A stretch of DNA of 64,000 bases from an uncultured Gaiellaceae bacterium. Its GTDB lineage: Bacteria > Actinomycetota > Thermoleophilia > Gaiellales > Gaiellaceae. Location: assembly GCA_963731615.1 (NCBI GenBank), contig CAVSWD010000005.1, positions 218,203 to 282,202 on the forward strand, in the 5' to 3' direction. The notes under the pieces are model-generated. The model did no database searches. It saw only the letters and a list, made by a program, of their open reading frames with translations, and was not told the DNA's origin. The translations under genes were made by a program, and so were the position numbers. This document shows, one piece after another, positions 1-7,201 of this stretch (its first letter is position 1; every line of letters starts with the position of its first letter).

Positions 1-1578
1 CGAGCTCGTCGTCGACGCGACCGCGCGGATCGACGTGGCGGTTGCGCTGGGCAGCGTCTCGCGCGGCTGGCGCGGGACGGCCGTCGCCGTCTCGGAGGAG
101 GTGCAGCTCGTCGGTGCCACGGCATCCGTTGCTCGAGCCCGCGACCGCGGTCCCGATCGACCTCGAGCTAGGTGAGCTTCGCGCCCTCGTGATCAGCGGC
201 CCGAACACCGGCGGCAAGACGGTCGCCCTGAAGACGCTCGGGCTTGCCGCGCTCCTGCACCAGTCGGGCCTGAGGCCGCCTGCGGCGACGGCGGCACTGC
301 CGGTCTTCGACGAGGTGCTCGCAGACATCGGCGACCCGCAGTCGATCGAGATGAGCCTGTCGACCTTCTCGGGCCACGTCGCGAATCTCGTCTCGATCCT
401 CGCGTCGGCCCGCGAGCGCTCGCTGGTGCTCGTCGACGAGCTCGCCTCCGGCACCGACCCGGTCGAAGGCTCGGCGCTGGCGCAGGCCCTGCTCGCCCGG
501 CTTGCGCGAGCAGGCCCGGCTGACCGTTGTGACGACGCACTACCCGGAGCTGAAGGAGTGGGCGAGCGCGACCGACGGGGTCGCGAATGCGGCGACCGGG
601 TTCGACCCGGACACGCACGAGCCGCTCTACCGCATCGCGTTGGGGCGACCAGGTGTCTCGCACGCGCTCCGGATCGCGGAGCGGCTCGGGCTCGACGGAG
701 CCGTCGTCGCCGACGCCCGCGAGCGCGTCGCACCCGAGCGGCTCCGAATCGAGGAGCTCCTCGCAGAGGCCGAGGGAGCGGAGCGCGCCGCGACCGAGGA
801 GCGCGCCGCGGCTCGGCTCGAGCATGTCGCCGCCGCCGAGCTCGCCGAGCAGGCCCGCGAACGTGAGGCAGTGCTCGACGAAGCGATCGCGGCTGTCCGC
901 GCGTCGGCGGCAAGCGAGCGCGAACGCGCGGCCGCGGAGGCGTTCCGCGACCTCGCCGCGGCCCGTGAGGAGCTGGCAGCGCTGCGCGAGGAGATCCGTG
1001 TGGCTCGGCGGAAGGACCGCGAGTCGCGCCGGGCGACACCGGCCGCCGCCCGAGAGCGCGACCGTCGGCTCGGAGCGGCGGCGGAGCGGGCCGAGCTGGC
1101 GGAGAGCGCGATCAGGGCGCTCGACGAGCCGCTTACGCCTGCCGGGCCACTCGCCGCGGGGGATCCCGTCGAGGCGCCGTCCCTCGGCGTCCACGGCACG
1201 ATCGCCGCGATCGAGGGCGACGAGGCCGAGGTGGTGGGACCCGCCGGCCACCGGCTTCGAGTACCGCTCGCGCGCCTGCGGCCTTCTCGCATCCGCGAGC
1301 AGGAGCAGGAGGCACCCGTGCGCGTGATCGCCGCCGCCCGCGGCGACGTCGGCGACGAGCTCGACGTGCGTGGTCAACGAGCGCAGGAAGCGCGAGAGGC
1401 CGTACGGTCGTTCGTGGACGACGCGGCGCTCGCCGGCCTCCCGACGGTGCGGGTCGTTCACGGCCGCGGCACCGGGGCCGTCCGCGCGGCCGTCCGCGAG
1501 GAGCTGGACGGCCATCCGCTCGTCGAGCGTTGCGAGAGCGAGTCGGCCGACGGCGCGACCGTGGCGCATCTCGGCTAG
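1..1578 (+). CDS. mutS2: Endonuclease MutS2 (5' end cut by window edge; ABC ATPase + C-terminal Smr domain); reading frame interrupted near 118 and near 500
   Basis: RHPLL motif, Walker [26 protein letters not shown] and C-terminal Smr [13 protein letters not shown]. The pieces lie in frames 2, 3 and 1 and join at family-conserved positions. Confidence 0.85.
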
Positions 1579-2205
1579 GCGGGCTCCTCGACGACCTTCG
1601 CGGCGTAGAGCTGGTACGGAAGCGCCTCGAGGACGCGAAGCCGCGGCTCGGGCACGTCGAAGAAACGTCCAAGCGCGAGCGGTTCCAGCCACGCCAGGTC
1701 GGCGCGCGAGGCGAGCACGCGCCCGACCGCCGTGCGGTCGCCTCCGAGCGCGACGTGCTCAACACGCTCGCGCCACGGCCCGAGCACGCGCGCGGTTTCG
1801 GAGGCCGCGGCGTCGATCAGCCCGCGCTCCTGCTCGCCGCGCCGGCGCCGGAAGCGGTTCGCCGACGAGCCGCCCTTCTTGTGGCGGCCCTTGACGAACC
1901 GCGAGCCGACTTTCGAGGCGACGAAGCTGCTCGCCCTCGAACACGCCGACGGCGTACCCGCCCAGCCGGACGAGTAGGACGGCGACCCGCGGCTCCAGTT
2001 CGAGCGCTTCGAGCAGCGGCCCCGCGCGGACGACCTCGTACTCGCCCTCGTGGTCGAGCCCGAACGGCGGCGTGACGGTGAAGGCTCCGTCGTTCAGCTC
2101 GATCCGGGCGCTGCCGTCGCGGTAGACAGCTCGTCCTGCCGATCCATCGAGCGCACCGAGCCGCTTTGCCAGGTTCGCCCGGCCGATGTAGCGGGTGTCG
2201 CCCAC
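1575..2205 (-). CDS. acVLRF1 / Vms1-like (eRF1-fold) peptidyl-tRNA hydrolase family protein; frameshift near 1920
   Basis: Joined translation ...VLLVRLGGYAVGVFEGEQL|VASKVGSRFVKGRHKKGGSSANRFRRRRGEQ...HVALGGDRTAVGRVL...FFDVPEPRLRVLE matches the pattern I recall for actinobacterial VLRF1 proteins. GTG start near 2205. Confidence 0.6.
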
Positions 2206-2253
2206 GGTGACACGGTACGCAGAGCACGCCGCACCGCGAGTCGACCAGCCACA

Positions 2254-2706
2254 ATGAGCGCGATGAGCGCCGCCCTGCCCGCGAAAGTCGCCGTCGCCGC
2301 GATCCTGGTCGTGCTCGCCGCCGGCTGCGGCGGTGGGTCGAGCCGCGACGACTTTGTCGACGACGCGCTCGGGGTCTGCCGCACGTCGAACGAGCGCGTG
2401 AAGGCGCTCGGGACTCCCGATTCGTTCACGTCGACACAGCTGTACGGGCGGCAGGCGAAGGACGCCGTGGGCGACGAGATCGAGGAGCTCAGGAAGCTGA
2501 CCCCGCCCAAGGATCTGGAGTCGGCCTTCGCGGCCTATGTCGCCACCCTCGAGCAGCGACAACGGCAGCTCGATCTCCTCATCGACGCCGCCGACGAGAA
2601 CGACGGCGAGGCGATCCAGGACATCGGCACCGAGCTGGACGTCCTCACCGCGCGCGGGCGAGCGCAGGCGCGCCAGGCCGGAATCGCCGAGTGCGAGCAA
2701 GGGTAG
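2254..2706 (+). CDS. Lipoprotein, unknown function (paralog of 2945..3388)
   Basis: Lipobox LAAGC after a hydrophobic N-terminus; helical Glu/Leu-rich body; motif EIEELRKLTPP shared with the paralog. Confidence 0.7.
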   Translation: MSAMSAALPAKVAVAAILVVLAAGCGGGSSRDDFVDDALGVCRTSNERVKALGTPDSFTSTQLYGRQAKDAVGDEIEELRKLTPPKDLESAFAAYVATLEQRQRQLDLLIDAADENDGEAIQDIGTELDVLTARGRAQARQAGIAECEQG

Positions 2707-2715
2707 GCTGAGCTC

Positions 2716-2934
2716 ATGTCCGTCGAGATCCACTACTGCCCTGTCTGATCGGGGTACGACCGACGGGCCGCGAGTCTCGCGGCCGTGTTGAACGCGAGCG
2801 GCGTCGACGCGACGATCGCCGAGGGTGCGAAGAGCCAGTTCGACGTGCTCGCGGACGGGGAGCTCGTGTTCTCGAAGCAGGAGCAAGGACGCTTCCCCGA
2901 AGAGGACGAGATCGTCGCGCTCGTGCGCAGGTAG
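2716..2934 (+). CDS. Rdx/SelW-like thioredoxin-fold selenoprotein (72 aa) with in-frame TGA at 2746-2748 read as selenocysteine (CPVU motif)
   Basis: MSVEIHYCPV-TGA-SGYDRRAASLAAVL...SQFDVLADGELVFSKQEQGRFPEEDEIVALVRR. Family similarity (IEYCxxC...RA..LA..L ... G.FEV..DGELI.SK...GRFP) continues in frame past the TGA. Not in the ORF track because of the TGA. Confidence 0.7.
2766..2784 (+). promoter_or_regulatory. Candidate bacterial SECIS hairpin (GGCCGCGA-GUC-UCGCGGCC) 17 nt downstream of the in-frame UGA
   Basis: Perfect 8-bp inverted repeat read directly from the sequence. The apical loop contains GU, and spacing to the UGA is within the range described for bacterial SECIS elements. Confidence 0.5.
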
Positions 2935-2944
2935 CGTTTCGGCG

Positions 2945-3388
2945 ATGCGCCGTCTCTCATTGCTTCTCCTCGTTGCCCTGGCTGCCGCCTGCGGTGGCGG
3001 CGACGACGGCGACGAGGAGCTCTCGCGCGCGGAGTACACGCGACTCGCGAACGCGAGCTGCGTGGAGGCAGAGCAGAAGCTCGACTCTCTCGGCGGCTTC
3101 GCAGACTTCAAGGAGCTCGAGCGGGAGATGAAGACCGGGCACGACGCGGTCAAGCAATCGGCCGACGAGCTGCGCGCGCTGAAGCCGCCGGCGAAGCTCG
3201 TCGTGCGTCACAAGGAGCTCGTCAGCCTCACGGATGAAACGGCCGACCTCGCCCTGCTGATCGCGACGGCGGCCGGCGAGAACGATCAGGTCGCGATGCA
3301 GAAAGAGGCCGAGCGCGCCGAGAAGCTCACGTTGGCCGCGAACGACGTCGCGAAGAAGCTCGGCCTGCTGGAGTGCGTCGCGGGCTAG
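2945..3388 (+). CDS. Lipoprotein, unknown function (paralog of 2254..2706)
   Basis: MRRLSLLLLVALAAACGGG lipobox; ELRALKPP motif; C-terminal Cys as in the paralog. Confidence 0.7.
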   Translation: MRRLSLLLLVALAAACGGGDDGDEELSRAEYTRLANASCVEAEQKLDSLGGFADFKELEREMKTGHDAVKQSADELRALKPPAKLVVRHKELVSLTDETADLALLIATAAGENDQVAMQKEAERAEKLTLAANDVAKKLGLLECVAG

Positions 3389-4170
3389 GTCGCGGTGAGC
3401 GAGCTCCCGGTGAAGCGCGGCGCGCGCTTCTCGAGAAACGCGGCGACGCCCTCGGCGAAGTCGGCGCTGCCGGTGGCCGCCTGCTGTAGCTCGGCCTCGA
3501 GCTCGAGCTGCTCCTCGAGCGAGGCCGTGTAGGCGTGCTCGAAGAGCCGTTTCGTCATTCCGATCGCTCGCGTCGGCCAGCCGGCGTACTCGGCTGCCAG
3601 CTCCGCAGCACGCGCGGCGAGCCCGTCGGCCTCGACCACCTCGGAGACGAGCCCCCACGCGTGCGCCTCGGCCGCGGTCAGCTTCCGGTTCGAGGTCATC
3701 CACTCGAACGCGCGCGCGAAGCCGAGCAGACGGTGAATGAACCAGGAGCCGCCCGAGTCGGGGATCAAGCCGATGCCGATGAACCCCGGCACAAAGGTGG
3801 CGGCGTCGGCGGCGATGCGGATGTCACAGGCCGCAGCGAGCGACAGCCCGGCGCCGGCACAGGGCCCGTTGACCGCCGCGAGCACCGGCTTTTCGAGCGC
3901 GCGGATCAGACGGATGTTCGGGTGGTAGGTCTGCTCGAGACGGTCGCGGATCGAGCCCGGCGCCTCCTGGAACTCCTTCAGGTCCTGGCCGGAGCAGAAG
4001 CCACGTCCGGCGCCGGTGATGACGACTGCCCGCACGTCCGGCTCGGCGGCTTCCTCGAGTGCGGCCCGGAAGGCGGCGTGCAGTGCGGCGTTGAAGGCGT
4101 TGAAGACCTCGGGGCGGTTGAGCGTGATCGTCAGGACCGCGCCGTCGCGCGACGTCAGCACCTCGCTCAT
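3385..4170 (-). CDS. Enoyl-CoA hydratase/isomerase family protein (PaaG-like)
   Basis: 261-aa intact ORF with crotonase signatures ITGAGRGFCSGQDL and VNGPCAGAGLSLAAACD. Confidence 0.85.
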   Translation of the reverse strand: MSEVLTSRDGAVLTITLNRPEVFNAFNAALHAAFRAALEEAAEPDVRAVVITGAGRGFCSGQDLKEFQEAPGSIRDRLEQTYHPNIRLIRALEKPVLAAVNGPCAGAGLSLAAACDIRIAADAATFVPGFIGIGLIPDSGGSWFIHRLLGFARAFEWMTSNRKLTAAEAHAWGLVSEVVEADGLAARAAELAAEYAGWPTRAIGMTKRLFEHAYTASLEEQLELEAELQQAATGSADFAEGVAAFLEKRAPRFTGSSLTAT

Positions 4171-4186
4171 GGGCGGAGCCTAAAGG

Positions 4187-4522
4187 TCAGGCGAGCAGCG
4201 AGCGCACGCGGTCGAGCGCGTCGGGTGCGAGGCGGTAGTACGCGAACGTGCCACGCTTCTGGCGCTCGAGCAGGCCCACGTCGGTGAGCCGCTTGAGGTG
4301 GTAGCTGACGGTCGGCTGACCGATGTCGAGCTCCGACTCGAAGTCGCAGACGCAGCACACGCTCGTCTCGAACTTGAGCAGACGGCTGACGATCTTGACC
4401 CGGTGCTTGTCGGCGAGAGCGGCGAAAAGCGTCTCGAGCCTGGCCGCCTCCTCATCCGAGAGGTCGGAGGCGACCGGCGCACAGCACTGGAGGACGGGAA
4501 GCGGCTTCACCTCCAGAGTCAT
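4187..4522 (-). CDS. ArsR/SmtB-family metalloregulator
   Basis: wHTH GQPTVSYHLKRLTDVGLL; thiolate-rich sensing residues (N-terminal LQCC, helix-3 SVCCVCDF). ATG at 4522. Confidence 0.85.
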   Translation of the reverse strand: MTLEVKPLPVLQCCAPVASDLSDEEAARLETLFAALADKHRVKIVSRLLKFETSVCCVCDFESELDIGQPTVSYHLKRLTDVGLLERQKRGTFAYYRLAPDALDRVRSLLA

Positions 4523-4532
4523 ATCGAACGCT

Positions 4533-4554
4533 ATCGATGTATTGTCACATCGAT
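4533..4554. promoter_or_regulatory. Perfect palindrome ATCGATGT-N6-ACATCGAT, candidate ArsR/SmtB operator in the divergent promoter region
   Basis: Read directly. It sits 11 nt upstream of the arsR-like start and 25 nt upstream of the sORF start. Confidence 0.55.
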
Positions 4555-4578
4555 GTCTGTCGATGGAGGGAGGGTGAA

Positions 4579-4632
4579 ATGGCTTCCTGCTGCGACGGCG
4601 GCGAGTGCTGCAGCGGCGACGACTGCTGCTGA
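4579..4632 (+). CDS. 17-codon Cys-rich small ORF MASCCDGGECCSGDDCC (candidate mini-metallothionein-like peptide)
   Basis: ATG preceded by GGAGGGAGGG (4565-4574). Six Cys as three CC pairs separated by Asp/Glu/Gly. Followed by a long hairpin. Divergent from the ArsR/SmtB gene. Confidence 0.45.
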   Translation: MASCCDGGECCSGDDCC

Positions 4633-4643
4633 ACCGTCTACTT

Positions 4644-4678
4644 GGGACGTGTCTGGGGACTGTCCCCGGACACGTCCC
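4644..4678. terminator. Long GC hairpin (GGGACGTGTC..GGGGAC/GTCCCC..GACACGTCCC) between convergent sORF and crotonase gene
   Basis: 10-bp outer plus 5-6-bp inner inverted repeats read directly. No strong T-tract. Confidence 0.5.
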
Positions 4679-4679
4679 T

Positions 4680-5496
4680 TCAGGACGGTCGGCGGTCCAG
4701 AAAGCTGCGGATCGCGCCCTGCGCCTCGTCGCCGAGCATCGAGAGCGAGAGCCAGTCGCGCGCGTGGCCGACCGTCTCGTGCCAGGAGATGTCACGCCAC
4801 CAGTTCAGCTGCTGCTTCGCGTAGCGGGTCGTCTCGGGCAGCTTCCGCGCGAGCTTCTCGACCACCTCGTCGACCTTCGCGTCGAGCTCGGCCCGCGGTA
4901 CAGCCCAGTTGACGAGGCCCCACTCCGCGGCCTGGGCCGCCGGCAGCTCGTCGCAGAGCAGGATCAGCTCTCGGGCGCGGCGGTCGCCGATCATGATCGG
5001 CAGCCACTGCGTCGCGCCGCCGGCCGGCACCGACCCGTGCTCGAGCCCGACGTGGCGGATGAACGCGTCGTCGACCATCACCGCGAGGTCGCAGGCCATC
5101 TGGAGCTCGTTGCCGCCGCCGACGGCGATCCCGTTCACCCGCGCAACGGTCGGCTTGCCGATCTCGCGGAGCCGGTCGTGCATGTCCTTGAAGGCGCCGA
5201 ACCACTTCCAGTACTCCTTCGAGTTGCCGAGCAGGTCCTCGCCCCAGGCGCGCAGGTCGGCGCCGACACAGAAGGCGCGGCCGTTGCCGGTGACGACGAC
5301 GACGCGGATCTCGTCGTCCCAGGATGCGTCCTCGAAGGCGCGGGCGAGCTCACGCAGCATCCGGAAGTCGAACGCGTTCAGCACGTCGGGCCGGTTCAGC
5401 GTCACCGTCGCGCGCGGGTAGTCCTTCTCGTAGACGATCCGCTCGAACCCGAGCTCGTCCGGCGGGAGTGGGCGGGGCTGATCCGGCTCGGTCACC
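4680..5496 (-). CDS. Enoyl-CoA hydratase/isomerase family protein
   Basis: VTGNGRAFCVGADL and VNGIAVGGGNELQMACD. GTG start overlaps the stop of the upstream EthD gene (GTGGTGA). Confidence 0.85.
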
Positions 5497-5779
5497 ACCC
5501 TGCGATCTCGACGAACGCGACGGTGAAGGGGATCCCCATCTCCATCGCGTCCTTGCCCGCCGCGGCGAACTCGTCGGAGCTGACGGCAGCCTTGAACGCG
5601 TCCATGTCGGTCCACTCGAACTCGGCGTAGTACGCGAACGGCGGGTCGCCGAACGGGGAGCCGAACACCTTGCCGTGGCGGAACACGTCGCATGGCACCG
5701 GCCGCGTGAACTCCTCGAGGTGCCGCGCATAGCGCTCCGCCTCGGGCTCCCGCTCGAATTGGATCACTGCTCTCACCAC
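5492..5779 (-). CDS. EthD domain protein
   Basis: About 95 aa, ...AVIQFEREPEAERYARHLEEFT...AEFEWTDMDAFKAAVSS.... AGGAG lies 6 nt upstream of the GTG. Confidence 0.7.
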   Translation of the reverse strand: MVRAVIQFEREPEAERYARHLEEFTRPVPCDVFRHGKVFGSPFGDPPFAYYAEFEWTDMDAFKAAVSSDEFAAAGKDAMEMGIPFTVAFVEIAGW

Positions 5780-5828
5780 GATTTTCTCCTCTCGTCTCGG
5801 GACGTGCGGGAGCGTATAGCTTGCGCCT

Positions 5829-6284
5829 GTGTCCGGAGGAACGGCTGCAGCCGCCACTCTCGCAGTGATCGCCGGCCTCGCCGGCTCGATCCAGGTGGCG
5901 GTGATGGGCCGCTTCGGCGAGCGGATCGGCTCGCTCGAGGCGCTCGCCGCCAACCTGCTCTTCTCGACGCTGATCGCAACGACCGTGCTGCTCGTCGCCC
6001 GTCAGAGCCTGGCCGGGTTCGGGGCCGCGGTGCACTCGCCGTGGTGGTACTGGGTCGGCGGTGGCGGGATGGGCGTCGTCGTCGTGCTGACGATCACCGT
6101 CGTGACGCCTCTGATCGGCGCGGCTGCGACGATCGGGCTCCTGATCGCCGGACAGCTCGCGATGGGCGTGCTGATCGACCGCTACGGCTGGTTCGGCGTC
6201 GAGCAGGTGCCGCTCACCTGGCCGCGCATGCTCGGCGTGGTGCTTCTGGCAATCGGCGCAATCCTCGCTCTGCGCAAGGCTTGA
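5829..6284 (+). CDS. DMT-superfamily transporter (YdcZ/DUF606-like)
   Basis: 151 aa, 5 predicted TM helices, Gly-rich WYWVGGGGMG motif. Confidence 0.8.
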   Translation: MSGGTAAAATLAVIAGLAGSIQVAVMGRFGERIGSLEALAANLLFSTLIATTVLLVARQSLAGFGAAVHSPWWYWVGGGGMGVVVVLTITVVTPLIGAAATIGLLIAGQLAMGVLIDRYGWFGVEQVPLTWPRMLGVVLLAIGAILALRKA

Positions 6285-7201
6285 GTCACGGCGGGAAGGT
6301 CTGGGTTGCCCTCTGGGCCGTCTACATCATCTGGGGCTCGACCTACCTCGGCATCGAGCTCGCCGGTGAGACGATCCCGCCGCTGTTCGCAGTGGCCTGG
6401 CGGTTCCTGGTGGCCGGAGCGCTCATGGCCGGCTGGGTCGCATGGCGGCGCGGCTTCTCGACGCTGCGCGTGTCGCGGCCCGAGCTGGCCTCCGCGGCAC
6501 TGATCGGCGTGCTGCTGCCCGGCGCGAACGCCCTGCTCTTCGTGGCCGAGCAGGAGGTTCCGATCGGGCTCGCCTCCCTCGTGATCGCATCAGTGCCGCT
6601 CCTCGTCGTGGCGCTGCGATTCGCCGGCGGCGACCGCCCCACCCGGGGCTCGCTGATCAGCGTCGCGATCGGCTTTCTCGGCGTCGCGGTCCTTCTGCAG
6701 CCGGGAGGAGGCGCGAGCGCGCGCGGGCTCGCCCTCGTCGTCGGCTCGGCGGTCGCCTGGGCGGTCGGCTCGTATCTCTCGGGCCGGTTGCCGATGCCGA
6801 AGGACGCGTTCGCCGCGACGGCGCTGGAGATGCTCGCCGGCGGCCTCGTGCTGCTCCCGATCGGCCTGCTCGCGACGGACTTCGTCCCGTCCGAGTGGTC
6901 GACCCGCTCCATCCTCGGCTGGTGGTACCTCGTCCTCTTCGGCTCGCTGATCGGCTACACGGCGTACGTGTGGCTGCTGCAGAACGCTCCGATCGGCAAG
7001 GTCGCGACGTACGCGTACGTGAATCCTGTCGTCGCGATCGCGCTCGGTGCGATCTTCTTGCACGAGGAGCTGACGTGGCGGATTGCAGTCGGGGCGACGA
7101 TCGTGCTGGCGTCGGTGGCAATCGTCGTTCGGCGGGAGTCCGTGCCGGCCGAGGCAGAGGCAGCGCCCGCAGGCGCCGGGCACGTGTCGGACCGGAGCTA
7201 G
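6281..7201 (+). CDS. EamA/DMT family transporter
   Basis: 10-TM profile, ...WGSTYLGIE... and ...LFGSLIGYTAYVWLL.... TTG start overlaps the previous stop (TTGA). Confidence 0.8.
   Translation: MSHGGKVWVALWAVYIIWGSTYLGIELAGETIPPLFAVAWRFLVAGALMAGWVAWRRGFSTLRVSRPELASAALIGVLLPGANALLFVAEQEVPIGLASLVIASVPLLVVALRFAGGDRPTRGSLISVAIGFLGVAVLLQPGGGASARGLALVVGSAVAWAVGSYLSGRLPMPKDAFAATALEMLAGGLVLLPIGLLATDFVPSEWSTRSILGWWYLVLFGSLIGYTAYVWLLQNAPIGKVATYAYVNPVVAIALGAIFLHEELTWRIAVGATIVLASVAIVVRRESVPAEAEAAPAGAGHVSDRS

Noticed and set aside
193-1692. 499-aa ORF on the minus strand
   Set aside because: It is antisense to mutS2, has an Arg/Ala/Pro-rich composition and shows no recognisable motifs.
2746-2748. TGA taken as a genuine stop, giving a 10-codon ORF
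   Set aside because: Family-level similarity continues in the same frame for 61 codons after the TGA, the TGA replaces the second redox Cys of the CxxC motif, and a SECIS-like hairpin follows. A TGC-to-TGA pseudogene remains possible if no Sec machinery exists.
4579-4678. Cys-rich sORF plus hairpin considered as a cysteine-sensing leader-peptide attenuator
   Set aside because: No co-directional gene lies downstream; the next gene is convergent. The hairpin is therefore better read as a terminator of a stand-alone sORF.
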